From Podarcis filfolensis (lineage: Eukaryota), in assembly GCA_964270895.1 (NCBI GenBank), contig OZ185439.1: a DNA stretch of 64,000 nt; one strand, written 5' to 3'. The position numbers and the translations under genes were made by a program. Shown piece after piece: positions 49,646 to 62,727 of this stretch (its first letter is position 1; each line of letters opens with the position of its first letter). The notes under the pieces are model-generated. The model was not told the DNA's origin, searched no databases, and saw nothing but the letters and a program-made list of their open reading frames with translations.

Positions 49646-51787
49646 TTACAGTTTTGTGCTCGGATGTACAGAAGACAACTGAGAAGGCGGGAAAGCAGCC
49701 TGAGGATTGATAGCAGCCAAAGGATAAATGTTGTTGTGCAAAAGGTCGCCATATGAACTTCCTACAGGTGTGGCTGCAGCTAAGTGCCTGTAAAGCTGCT
49801 GTGAGTTTCCAGGGGACGTAAGGAACTGTCTTTGCACCATGAACGAGTGGAGAGCCAAAGGCTGCATTAGCGGAGAAAGCACTGCCTGATTTTTCAAGTA
49901 TTGTAGAGGATGAGAATACCCAGCTGGGATGCGGTTGCTCAGGCTGCTGCACAATGTCCCTGGGTACAAGCCTGTGAAGATGGGGCTGGAGAGGGGAAAC
50001 TTGTGGCCCTCCAGCATGCCGCCGGGAGGGAGGACGTGTGCTGATTTGCTGCCCTCGGCCTCTTGCTCGAGACCCTTGTCTTTTGCAGGGGCTTCCTTTG
50101 GTAAGCGCAGGGGCGAGACGGCTCGGATCTTCTTTTCCGAAATGGCTTTGTCCAAATCCTCCAGGCTGCGCTTCAGAGGCCGAGCTGCCCCAATGGTTTG
50201 AGCATTGGTTTTGTGGCTTAGGATGGGGTGGACCATGCCCTCCATCTTCCTTGGGGTCTGCTGTTTGTTGGTCCTGAGAAGAGGCTCGCCGTGCTTCTTG
50301 GGGGCCGACACCGTCATTGGAGAAACACGACAAGCTTTGGGGTTGCAGTCTATGCTCAGAGGCTGGCCGCTCAAGGCTTGGAACTGGGATATGCTTTTGC
50401 TCTCCACCGAAGCATGCAAGAGGGAAGATGACCCCAGAGCTTTTGCAGTCTGTTTGGGAGTACTTTTAGGAAGACTCAGATCTGTCGGCTGATCATCAGA
50501 AGAGGCTTCCATGGGGCTCTTTTTCTCCGGCTGATGGAGAGGCGGGTGGTAGCTTAAGCTTCGCTTGTCTTGGTGCTTGTGTTGAGGGAACATGGAAAGG
50601 GCTTCCGTATCTCTATACATGTCTCGGTGGAGGTACTTTGACGTCTGTTCATTATTAAGGTGGTGTTCGGTGTGCCTGTAAAGGCTGTGCAGGTGAGGAG
50701 ATGAGTAAAAGTCTGCCAAGAAAGCAGGCATGTGGGAGTGGTGCAGCGCCCTTTTTTCATTCATTCTATCTTTCATGTCCTGGATTTCCGACTTTAGTGC
50801 ATAGGATTCGGCCAGAGCACTCAGGTGTTGTTTGGTGAAATCGCAACATTCAGAATCAGTTTTCTTGAGTAGCAGTTCGTGCCTGTAGGTTTCACTAGCA
50901 GACTTCCTCTCGTCCGAATTCTTGGGTTTGAAACTCTGTACGTGTTGGATCACAGATGGCCTGCTGAGTGCCGCAGCATCCATCCCAGAGGCATGGGAAG
51001 CCTGTGGCATGCTTGACAACAGGTCCTCTTTGCTGCTTAATTTCTTCTTGCTGATCAAAGGTGGTGGTGAGCCGTAAGGGTAGCTGCAGGAGAGGGTTGC
51101 CCCACTGACTTGTGACAAGAGCTTCTTCTTTGCCAGAGGTGACATGATGCCCGGGTTGCCTTTGGAGTAGAGCAGTGGTGTGCAGCTGAAACCAGGCTCA
51201 CCATTAAGGGAACTCGGCACTTCTTTCTCTTTGAACATGTCGAAATTTTGTACTACAAGGACTTTGGGACTCTGTTTCAGTGCATTGTGTATGTCCTCAT
51301 TTCCTAACTGATCCACTTTGACCGTGCAGTTGGCAATGTAGTCCGCCATCTCTGGGAGTTTATCGTCTTCCATCTCACTTTGACTTGGAAGTGGGAGTTG
51401 GATAGTGGGGAAGTTATTAAATGGAATTTCTTGGGCACTACTTTCTAGGTCGTCTGTGAGACAGTGAACTCTTTGTTCCTGCTTTGGCTCATCTGGGTCC
51501 TCTGACAGACTGGGGATTTTCCCGACTGTGGAATTCAAGACCTCATCTTCTTCTGGGGACACCAAAGCACTTGAGACAGAATCTTTGCATGACATCTCCT
51601 CCTTGACTTCCTCACTGTTTGAGCTGACCTCTTCAAAGTCTGTCTTTTCCAATGATGGCATCCCAGTTACATCTAGTGGAGAAACCTGGGACTCTTCTAC
51701 AGGCAGCTTCATCTCCTCTGCGACAGTTAGCTCAGATGAGCTTTTCTGGTCTGGACATTCTTGAACTTTCTCTTGTTCCGATGATGC
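49646..51787 (-). CDS. ARID5B: ARID5B terminal coding exon (exon 10 in human numbering), 713 aa + stop
   Basis: Acceptor ttttgttag|GCA TCA TCG GAA (phase 0); ASSEQEKVQE...YIANCTVKVDQLG...SPLAKKKLLSQVSG...DDQPTDLSLPK...VHPSTKL*. Confidence 0.96.
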   Translation of the reverse strand, partial: ASSEQEKVQECPDQKSSSELTVAEEMKLPVEESQVSPLDVTGMPSLEKTDFEEVSSNSEEVKEEMSCKDSVSSALVSPEEDEVLNSTVGKIPSLSEDPDEPKQEQRVHCLTDDLESSAQEIPFNNFPTIQLPLPSQSEMEDDKLPEMADYIANCTVKVDQLGNEDIHNALKQSPKVLVVQNFDMFKEKEVPSSLNGEPGFSCTPLLYSKGNPGIMSPLAKKKLLSQVSGATLSCSYPYGSPPPLISKKKLSSKEDLLSSMPQASHASGMDAAALSRPSVIQHVQSFKPKNSDERKSASETYRHELLLKKTDSECCDFTKQHLSALAESYALKSEIQDMKDRMNEKRALHHSHMPAFLADFYSSPHLHSLYRHTEHHLNNEQTSKYLHRDMYRDTEALSMFPQHKHQDKRSLSYHPPLHQPEKKSPMEASSDDQPTDLSLPKSTPKQTAKALGSSSLLHASVESKSISQFQALSGQPLSIDCNPKACRVSPMTVSAPKKHGEPLLRTNKQQTPRKMEGMVHPILSHKTNAQTIGAARPLKRSLEDLDKAISEKKIRAVSPLRLPKEAPAKDKGLEQEAEGSKSAHVLPPGGMLEGHKFPLSSPIFTGLYPGTLCSSLSNRIPAGYSHPLQYLKNQAVLSPLMQPLALHSFMVQRQFLTSPGNSQQLYRHLAAATPVGSSYGDLLHNNIYPLAAINPQAAFPPSQLSSVHPSTKL

Positions 51788-53218
51788 CTAACAAAACATT
51801 TTAATGGAGAAGTGTAAGAAAGCACTGTAGCATGAAAGGCATGAAATTCTCAACCAAGACATAGTGGCATCTCTCGGAAACAAACTTGTCCATCATGTTG
51901 AGCACCAAACGCTTTAATAGCCACTATCACATTTCAACACAGACATCTACCCTGGCAGTATTGTAAACATTAAAGTATAATTACAAATGTCTTAATAAGT
52001 CATAGGCGATTCTTTGTTTTATTTTGTTACCAGGCAGCATAAAATAGGCTCCATTGATATGCTGACTAGGCAGCGTTTATGCTGAGGCCATTTTTTAGTT
52101 AAGAGGACCACCGCTGTGTTGACAATGGCATTTAGAAAGATCTAAGATTGTTTTCCATATTTAAAACACGTACTCCCAAGCATGCTTGACTTGACTTTTA
52201 TTTATTATTTATTAAAAAGTATTTCTAAGCTACTTAGGATTTAAAAATGGTGCATGCACAAAGTATAAACCAACATGAACACTGTAAAACAACATCATAA
52301 AAACAGAGATAACAAATGGATCTCTCTTATTTTAGACCTGATCTCTTGGCACTACTAAAACCAGCGCTTACCAAAATGAATCCCCCCCCCATGAAAATAT
52401 ATAAAATGAAGTCTGTGGGTGGGCGGGAAGCAAAGCTTCGCTGACGCGTTCTGAAACAATTGGCGTTGTGGCTCATTCGGGCTTCTTTTATTTAGAGATT
52501 AGAATAAAGTTGTCAACATGCAGCAAGAGCATTTTTGCCCTCTTCCAGATATAGCTTTCCTGAGTTATAGCCAATGAGGCTCCATCTCTTTATGCTCCTT
52601 CATTAATAAAGCTTGTGCACTCAATTCTCCCTATTCATTCCATTATGTAGACGAATGAACTGTGACCTTGAAGGTCATTAGAGTGCTCCATCTGTGATAC
52701 AGCTGACTGACAACCCTTTTCAAAATTACTGTCATTCTCTTGCGGCATGCCTCTTAGTAGAAGGCAGTCATAAAGCAGCGACGTTGTCTGAGCTCTTCTA
52801 TTATTATTGTTAACACCCCCCACCCCACCCGCTTCTCTCTTTCTCAGCTGTAAAGAGGAGGCATCGGAAAGTTATTATCTAAATGCTGCATTAGAGGGCG
52901 TCATGTGAGAGATGGATGCAAGGCAGCCAATGCATCACAATCTTCTCCAAGATTTACGTCTTTGCAGCTGCTTTTAAATTTTCCTATGTGTTTGGGTTTT
53001 TCTATTTCCTATTAGTTAAAGTGTCCGTTACTCATTGTGACTGCTTCCATAATTTTTTCCGCAAAGAAACTCAAAGTAAAAGATGCCTTTTGCAGTCCAA
53101 ATATCATCATTAGCCCTTTTGCGAAAATTCTAACATTGGCCTCCAGAGCTTATACAATTACAGGAAAATACCAGACAGATGAGCAAAGCAGACGGAGAAA
53201 AACTGATAGTTAATAACT

Positions 53219-53221
<3 letters not shown>

Positions 53222-53273
<52 letters not shown>
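53222..53273. repeat. (TC)n microsatellite
   Basis: Direct reading. Confidence 0.97.
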
Positions 53274-53276
<3 letters not shown>

Positions 53277-54188
53277 GGTTGGGCAACACTTTGATAGGAG
53301 CTTGCAGTTGTGCTAGAGCAGCATGTACGAGAGGAATAATAATATTTCATCTTGTACTCAGTTACAGCCATCATAACAAAACAAGAGTCAAATGTAATGC
53401 TAAACTGAACTGTAACCAATTAACAGCGTGCTCACACAAACAGTTATGAGTCATTACAAGATAGCTTTCTCCCTCATTGTTCACACTGAAAAACATTTCT
53501 TGAAAAATATTTGAAAGTGCATATTTTTCAGGATGTGTCAAGTTAAAAATCTTACCACTTGGAGTACGTTTACAGGATTATTTTAAATGGGAACTATTCA
53601 CATATTTGCAGAAACATGAAGCCTGAAGGCAGATCATAATCAAGAGAGATGTATGGTTATTATTTCAACATGCACACTGGATTCTTTTGACTGTTTTCAG
53701 CCTAATAAAAACTTCACGCACAGCACTGAAAACTGATTTCAAAACCCAGGGCAGTTAAGTTGGGTAAGTTACCATTTCATAGATTGATGGGCCGGGGCAT
53801 GACATTTTGGGTTACTTGAAATGACTGGTGGCCACTGTGGATGGGGGCTCAGCTTACATTTGCCACCTCTGAAAACCATCTGAGGAGGGTGTTGCAGGGA
53901 AGCTGCTGCATGGCTGGTGAGAGGCCCTTCAGCCAGTCCACAACCTGGTTGGTTACTGGTGCCTGGCCTGGGATTGCCGCCTGCTAAGTTTTAAAACAGC
54001 CTTAGTGAATCAGGCTTTCACAAGACACAAAAGCTATTACTACATACAGGTAGCCCAGCTTCCTGGTAAACTGGTATGCTGAAGCTGGTTAGATAGGGCA
54101 GAGCTGCAGGATGTTGGATGTATGCATCACAAATTCACACAAACACACACATATGGTAGGACTGCAATGATCAGCCAATAGCTTAGAT

Positions 54189-54425
54189 CAGGCATGTCCA
54201 GTTCCCAAGAGACTGTGATCTACTCCCAGTATTAAAAAACTGGCAGTGATCTACCCATTGTCATTGGAGGGAGGAGGAACGTGCGTGGGGTGGATGGATT
54301 GCCCAGAGTTGTTGATCTTTTGGGGGGAGGATTGCACAGAGTTTTTTAGCTTTTCCCTGTAACTTTTTGTGCACAATAAGGATCCCGCGATCTACCAGGA
54401 TCAGCCAGGGAATCGCGATCTACTG
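54189..54425. mobile_element. hAT-type MITE lacking most of its right TIR
   Basis: Left CAGGCATGTCCA; internal GATCTAC repeats; 8-bp flanks GCTTAGAT (54181-88) / GCTTAGAC (54426-33). Confidence 0.6.
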
Positions 54426-56702
54426 GCTTAGACGAAGTGGCCAAAAATGTGTCCCTGGCTAATCAGGAAAGGCAGTTTTTATCATGCTAATAATTAATCA
54501 TTTGAATTTTCATAAATTTGTTATGTTTCTGAAGAAACATAGAATACTCTTCTTCTCCTTAGATGATACATGCATGTTTGTATGCAGCAGGGCATCATCT
54601 TATAAGAGAATGCAGGGCTTTTCAGTCCCCGGAAAGGCCAAAATGGCCAAGATGGGGGGGGGACCTGCATTTGAAGTGGGGGGAAAGGTGTGATTCCACA
54701 TTTGCCCCAGTGTGGGCAAGTCCTAAGTCCCCGTGAAAGCAATAAGTGGATTGTGACTAACTTAAGTCTCAGGGATTGCCATGAGATTGCTTGCACTTAA
54801 TTTGTGTGGGTTTTGTGCCCACTCTCTTTAATAACTTTCCATATTACCCCAACCAACATTAGCTACGAAAGACCTGCAAATACCACTACTCCCCTCTCTC
54901 TGGCTTACAAATTAATCGGCTTACCAGCCCCCTGCCCCAAATCCCAAAAGAATATTGCACCCCACCACCCCACAAACAAATATTTCTTATTTAAAAGATT
55001 TACACCCGCTTTTCCCCACCACAAAGGAGTCGCTCTAAACGGCTTACAAATAAACTGCAAACATAAATGCAGCAATGATCCAATTCAGTTCCCCAACCTA
55101 AGAGGCACAACAAAAGCGGAATAGTTTTTACATGGTGCTTTCATATGTGAGGGAAAGAGGAATTATATTTTTCAAACTTATGAAAAATGATTTGCTTAAA
55201 AGCCTTCTGAGGTCCCTCATACATTTGTGAGAATTTGATATCAAGAACATCCAACATTACTGACTGACGGGAGAAAAGAATTACATGCTATGTTCTTGCA
55301 GTCGGAAGCCCACATAATTGCATTTTGTGTTGTGCACTTTCTACTCTCCATCTGAGAACTTGACCTGCGACTCACATAAAAAATAACTGCAGTTTAAGTC
55401 GCAGGAAATTTGAGATACTAAACAACAAAAGCAAGGAAGTTCAAAGTTTAGATTGACACTCCATCGCTGGCTTGTTACGTTGTGCTTAGCTTCTATTGCT
55501 GCACATATGGTATGTAACATAACTCGCTGATCCAAACTCCCTGCAATAAATAACAAGGCACAAAGGGATGAACAAGGAATGGAATGCTAGACTTAACTTG
55601 TATTTCCTTGCTTTTGGCAATTTCTGTTGCAATCTAGCAGTTGCTTAAACAGAGACTGCATGCCCTCTTTTATGTATATTTTAATAAAGATTGTGCCTTT
55701 TCAAAATATGTCTCAGTTTACAATTAATTTTTTTTTAAAGGAGCAGGGGTGGGTGAGGGAAATGCTCCAAAGAAGCTATTGCAAAGACTGTGGCTGTATT
55801 AAAAATATATTCTAACCCAGGCTTTGGAGGTCAAGTCCATGGAAATAACAGAAAAGGAGAACCAATATTAAAGACGCTAAAGAGTTTTGGCCCAAACAGG
55901 CCTTCCAAAGTGGCTTTTCTACAAAAAAAATGAACAATTTACATTATCACCTTCCTTAAAGAAAACTCTAAACAATTTTTATTTTGCCATGTGATTGGTT
56001 ATGGTAGAAATATCCCTGAGTAAGGCCTATTTGGGCCAAGATACACCGGACAATAATAAAAAGTGCATTACTCTCAAGCGTCTTTGAGCCTGGTTCTCCT
56101 CTTGTCATTTCCATTGGATACTTCCTGGTTCTTCTGTGTGGAAGGCATGGGAGGCTGTAAGACATTACCAGCCACACGGCACACACACCCCACAACCGCC
56201 CATGTACCACATGTACTGACGACCTTTCCAGAGGTGGCATCTCTGTCATCGCTTCCATGCCCTCCACAATCACACAAGTCAAATCACCATCAGTTATACT
56301 TCAGTCCTTCTGAGTAAACTAAGGACCTTTCCCGCTACATTATTCTTAATGTTAAGATGTTTGAAATGAACAAAGTATGTACATATAACTTCAGAATTCT
56401 TAGCTGCATATTACGAGAGACCTGGGGAATACCAACCCAGGTTCTGCAGAAAAGCACACGACTTTTACATGGACACATAATGGATTCTGTGCACACTGGA
56501 ACACATAAGTATACCCTCTTGTGTCTTTTTAGGCCCTGAAGACGCCATGTCAGTAAAAAGGGACATGTGGCCCGGTCCCGAAAGAGGATTTGTTTGCGTG
56601 AGCCCTGGTTCAAAAGATGATTTCTGGACATTATGCGATCAAAGCAGCACCTGCAGAATGAAAAAGTTAATAAAAAGAAGAAAGTGGGGAAAGGAAACTA
56701 AC

Positions 56703-56901
56703 CTCGGGTGCATCCTGGGGTTTCTGTGCATTGTCTTTCTCTTTCTTGCTCTTTTGGTGTTCATTTCTGATGCGTTTTGTTCCAGACAATTTTATCTTAC
56801 TTTCCCCCTCCTGGGCGACATTATCTTGTTTTCGAGGTTTCACAGGAGGCAGTGGCTTATCTTCTTCTCCTTTAATAAATCTCTCATACGGCAGGATTAA
56901 T
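56703..56901 (-). CDS. ARID5B: ARID5B penultimate exon (exon 9), C-terminal end of the ARID domain
   Basis: ctttag|A TTA ATC CTG...CCC GAG|gttagt; 199 nt; LILPYERFIKGEEDKPLPPVKPRKQDN...KPQDAPE. Confidence 0.96.
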
Positions 56902-59900
56902 CTAAAGAACGAATAATTGATCAGTTCTAGAAGTTCTCACCCAAAAGACCAAAATAAAATAAAAGAAATGGCTGTAAGAAGTTCATTGTTAAAAACTGTT
57001 TTTTGAAAGAAAGAAAAAAACACTCAAAACTAGAAGTCAAAGATGTGCAGTAGGATTTGGAAGCTGTTTCTTCTTCTCAAACTGCTGCTGAATCAAATTA
57101 TTTCCTCTGTCTTTCACACATTTTGCAACCACAAAGCTGAGTTTGCCAACCTCTCAGATGATACACACTTTCCCAAACATCTGTAATATTCACACTTTAC
57201 ATGTTTAGGTATACAATGTGTCTTTATGTGTAAACCTAAAAAATGGAATGGTTCTGATCCACTTCAATTTATTTGTGACCAAGTCCTATTGAAACTTACA
57301 GGTTAGCTGATACCAAATTAAGTCACATAAATTCAATTTAGTCTGCACTCCAATTCACACTTTCCTGGAAGTCGGTCTCATTAAAGTTACTTCTGAGTAC
57401 ACACCTAAAGGATTGCAGTGTTAGCCATAAGTAACTTTAGCTGGATCAGGTCCAACAAGTGACAACAAGCAGAACATTTTTTTTAAAAAATCCATTGAGA
57501 TAAATGAGATTATGAAGCCAAATGGAGTCGCTGGAGATGAGCTGCATATCTCCCCCACTACTTTAAATTGATTTTAATGGAAATACTTTGTATTTAGTTC
57601 TTTGGCCTGTTTAAACAGCAACCGACTTGAGTTACAGAACTTCCCGACAGCAGTGCCATATATACCCTGTAAGTACAGAAAATGGCAAATAAACTGTACA
57701 TAAACTGGAACCTCAGGGTGGACTGCGGTGTGAAGAGGTCTTAAGGAACCTCACATGGGTCAGCTCAGGTCTTGGGTCTGAAGTCCTTAAATCTGCCTCC
57801 AAAACAGTGCAGACTAGACATGCTAGCTCCCTTCCAACCACTGCCTCTAGATGTCCCTTGCCTTCTCCCCTCTGCAATCCCCGGAGGGCTTTCCCATAAC
57901 TATTTGGATTCTCAGCACTACCTGCATAGTCAGAAGCTAGAGGAGCAGAATGCAATGGGAAGGGGTGAAGACAAAACTCAGCCCAGCAGGGTTGCACATA
58001 TAATCCAAGACGCTGGGGAGGAGGGATGTGGCCCCTCCACCACCAAACATCAGCATATTCTGGGCTGTATCATCTTGTATCCTGTGGGCAAGATATGGTT
58101 CCATCAGAAGATGGAACAATCTTCTCCAACCTGTTTTGCCCTCCATATGTTGTTGGACTACAGCTCCTATCATGCCTGGCCCCTGGGCATGACTGTGGCT
58201 GATGGGAACTGTATATACCAACTGGTATAGAAACCTTGTACTAGCATAGATTTCCTCCTTTTTTAGGAATCATGGGGAATGTCATAAGGGCCCATTTTGT
58301 GAGCAAGAAGATTCCTCTTTCTCTAGGGAAAGGGGGAAAAGGGCAAGCAGTGTCTACCAGGTGGTAGTTGGCACAGTGGGCAGGAACAAAAACGATTTTA
58401 AGAGACAATTAGAGAATTTTAATTACAGAGTTTTGTCTTTCAAACCATGGAAAAATTGCTTGGGGGAGGAGACAGAGATGCTTCAATCTGATTCCCACCC
58501 CCCCTCCACAGAGTGCCTCTTGAAATGAGGGTAAATAAGCAGTGTTATTAAAAAGAATGGATTGGCTTACAATCTGAGTTTCAGCTCCAGTGATTAAAGT
58601 TCTTATAATGCATTAAACATGATTAATGAATGACTCATAGCAGGAATAATGCAAGACTCCGACTTTTAAAAATATGAACTTTAGTATGGCAAACATTTTT
58701 TTTTAAAAAAACCCACACACAATAGGTATCTGTTGAAGAAAATGGACGTTGCTTTTTAAACAGCATTAATCTGTTCAAATATCAGACTTCTTTAATTATA
58801 GCTTAATCTAAGAGTTCAAGATAGAAAACTCTTTTTGTTCAGGCACAGATTTTTTTTGTTATTCCAGAATCAGCTCCAAGCCATCCAGTTTTAATTTAGA
58901 TGTTCAAACACAGTTTGGCTTCAAGAGAGCCGGGATTAGCTTGCTTGCGATGATAGTATTTCACATTTTAATAAAATACAACATAAATTATGTTAAAAAG
59001 TAAACCTAATTTATGCCATATTAGAAACAAAATTCATGAACTGAGCATGCTCTGACATGGGTATGTGCAGAGAGGCGTGAATAATACTTTTGAGCCCTGA
59101 ATTTGGCAGCTGGCCAGTAATGAAGCTAAAGCAATGCCCAAGGGGAATGCAGGTCCTCAGATCCCATTACAAACTGAGTTTAAACATGTTACAGCTGCTA
59201 AAACTGAAAACAGCTCTCTCTATGCAGGCTTAGCAAAATAATACGGACTTTGCCAAATACTTGCTTCCCACTGTAACATTACGGTTAATGTTTATGTAAT
59301 AAAAAAAGAAGCATAACAAGGCAGAAAAAAAAAGGGGGGAGAGAAAGAAATACAATCTTGTTCATACTTGAGGCTGCTAAATTTCATTTGTAACAAGCAC
59401 AAAATATTCCAAGGCACCCTTGAACATCTTTTCCCGTGCCCGGGACTTGAAGCAAGAGGAGGCGAGGTTGGGTTTCATCCAGAGCAATATTTATATCTTT
59501 TTCTGCCATGTGTTAAATATTTAAAGAATCAGATTTAACCAAAATACTTTTTTTTTTTTTTGGTGGCAATAGTTGTTAACACTGCAGAAAGGATTGTTTG
59601 ACTTTGTTTGGTTGCCATGGGAACAGGCAGCCCATTTGAAATCTACATATTTTGTCGGTAAATGTTTCAAAAGCTGCTCATAGCTTTAAAATTAGAGGAT
59701 GATACTCCGCCACCACTAGGCCTTTTAAATAAAATATTCTGTGTGATTATCCTGGCGGTTAAAGCAGAAACGGGACAAAGGCCAGCCCTGATAAGATTAA
59801 TCACTGTTAGCACTCTTTCTGAGAAACCCTTTTGTGTCAGTTTTAAATTTGACCACCAAAAAGACAACAGCATCCTGCCTCTTTGTTGCCATATAAATCC

Positions 59901-60542
59901 CTGGAACTCATTAGGTCAGAGGATAATTAGGAGTCATGGCTGAGGAGAGTTCAACGTTACAGGAGGACGGGCCTGCTGTTTCCATTTTTGTGATTTTGCT
60001 TTTTTTCACTGAGCTCAGCAGTTGGCAGAGGCTACAGTGGCAAAAATACATTTCACATAGCTGGTCAAATGCCTAGCGCCAACAGCAGGAAATTTGGAAT
60101 TAAATGTTTCTTGTATCTGGAGAGAGGCATGACTAAGGTAAAAATTGAATCAAAACACAAGGACGGCTTGTTCTACTTGCATCAGCTCCCCACCCTGGAC
60201 AAAAAATTCTAATGCAATGCTATTTCTCTACAGTAACAAGGTGGGGTTGTTGGTTTTCGGTTTTTTTAAGCAAAGTAAAAAAAAAAAAAAGCAGAGAGCT
60301 TAGGAGGATTAAAATGAAGCCTAACGCTATGAACAATTGCAAGTTGACAGAGAGGTTTCCATTTGCTAGAATTTTCACTCTGTGGTCCCCCCACCCTTCC
60401 TTGCCTTCAGTTGCCCTGTCACGGTACAACACAATTACCCGCAGGATGTGATCTTATCATTTGATTATTAGAAGCTGTTATAGTACAAGGGAAATAAAGC
60501 TGGTGGAACATTCAAACCTTCAGCTAACATACTATTAGAACA

Positions 60543-60543
<1 letters not shown>

Positions 60544-60591
<48 letters not shown>
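60544..60591. repeat. (CA)n microsatellite
   Basis: Direct reading. Confidence 0.97.
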
Positions 60592-60592
<1 letters not shown>

Positions 60593-62601
60593 TGTGTTTA
60601 GTCAACTGTATTTTGTCAACTGCAGGTCAATATTCTCCAAATCAGGCAGAATATGATTCTCTGCTTTAAAACTTCCCCCACACAATGCAACACGCTTGAA
60701 ATGAGCAGCTCAATTTTGTGCTAAATAGCTGTCGCTTAGGAGATTTAAATCAATCTTGGTGCAAGATAAAAGAAGGTGTTTCGCAAACATTAACAGAAAA
60801 AATGAACCACAATCCGTATAAACCCTCATGTACAAAAAAAAAAATATTAGACTTTGAAAGAGTTTTCAGTGTCAGTTGTTGGGAGAAGAGTTCCTGTATT
60901 CGTAAGAAGCAATCTTGCCGGAAAGCCTAAGAATGGGGATGTGGGTTTAACCATCGCTGTTGTTGTTGTTACGCATAAGAATATCATCAATATGCATTCT
61001 ACTTTGCGGAGTTTCATAAGCAAAAAGAAGAAGAAAAAGGCAGATTTCTGCCCTCAAGGAGATTACAGTCTAAATTTTGACGAAGAGGAAGACTACAGAG
61101 GGAGTGCAGAAGAGGGGAGTACACAGCAAGAGGAGGGCATTTACTTCCACGTAACCCAGAGCTTGGGTTTGCTGGGCGGGGGTGGAACATGCCTTTATTA
61201 TGAACGCAATGCCTACATTCAGATTAATAAAATGCATTATTTATAGGATAATTAACATAAGGAGAATGTGTAAGCAGTAGCGTATTAAAGAACAATCCTT
61301 CTGCAGGCAGCAGATTTCTGAACAGCACGGGGCTATTTTTTCCACTGGAATAATACAAGAATAACATTTTCCAGCCCAGAGCAGAAACAGTAGGGAAGTC
61401 TTTGCCATCAATTGAGCTTCTGATTAAATTCAATGACTATGAAAAGCAAGATTATCCTTTTTAAAAAATAAATAAAGGCAACTTAAAAATCAATACGAGC
61501 TGGATGAACAAATCAGTGTTTTATTAATCCCGACACAATCAGAGATACATTACATTTAATTGTGGGTACTCCCCCCCCTTATAGCGGGGGTGGGGGGGAG
61601 GAGAAAGATTTTGCTTGGCTAAATGTTGAATTAAATACTAGTGCCTAGTATTCTGAGTTTTTTGCTTTCAGCATCCTCTGATGTAATGAAAAATTCAATG
61701 TACTTCTCCACAGCAGAAGTCAGAGGTCATCAAATCTATTACAGTAATGTAAGTAATCTGGCTTTCTGCCAGCCTTTAAAAAAAGGGGGGGAGAACCATG
61801 GAGGCAGATAATTTTATATTTACAAATTCTAAAATCCTCTGGGGATTTTGTCTCATCTCCAACAAAAGGCAGAAACTTCACATTAGAAAAATGTATTTTA
61901 CAGCATGTCAAACATGTCTTCATCATTAGTATTTCATAAAAGGCATTAACCACACAACTCTTATTCTTCATTAGCCAACATTCTTCTCCTGCGCCATGGG
62001 AAAATTGCAACTCAAAATCTTATGCGTGTGTTTTTTTTTAAAAAAAAATATTAAAGTGATAAGTACTAATGTTTCATATACTGATTAATTCTTGTGCCAA
62101 GCAACTACTCTTTTAAGTCCAACTCTATTGCGCAGGAAATAGTGGACTGCATCTATTTATAGTAATAAAAATAAAAGGGGTTAGAAGAATAACTCTTGAG
62201 GGGGGGAGCATGAAAGGAAAGGAAATCTGTAGTCAAGGCTGCCAGCTCCATATTTAACTCTTCATTGTGACCTCATTCTTATGCTATGGGAGTGGCGTTC
62301 TTCTCGCTTGACTCTGGCCTCACCCCTTACTTCTCTGAGTAAGGTAAAAATATAGGAAACACACAGGAAGAACAAGCTCATGTTGGGAGAACTGCTGTCA
62401 ATCGGAGCAGCCAATATTGAGCAAAACGGACAAGTGATCAACTCTGGCATGGCCAAAGGCAACTTCCTATGCCAAGGCAATAGCACCCATTTCAACCTCT
62501 GACACTGTAATCCTGCCCCCCAACCCCGCAACCATCCCTGCATCTCCTACATGGTTCCTACATTCTTCCGTTACTGGAACTGGATGGGATCCTAAGTTCT
62601 T

Positions 62602-62727
62602 ATCATAGAATCATAGAGCTGGAAGGGGCTACAAGGATCATCTAGTCCAACCCCCTGCAGTGTAGGAATCTTTCACCCAACGTGGGGCTCTGTGATTAAG
62701 AGTCTCACGCTCTACCCATCTGCGCTA
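62602..62727 (-). mobile_element. Squam2-like SINE (tRNA head + CR1-type tail), internally deleted
   Basis: Minus strand TAGCGCAGATGGGTAGAGCGTGAGACTCTTAATC...CCCCACGTTGGG...GGGGGTTGGACTAGATGATC...CTCTATGATTCTATGAT. Confidence 0.75.

Noticed and set aside
49602-50333. 243-aa alternative-frame ORF overlapping the ARID5B terminal exon
   Set aside because: Shadow of a GC-rich coding exon; no independent promoter or splice support.
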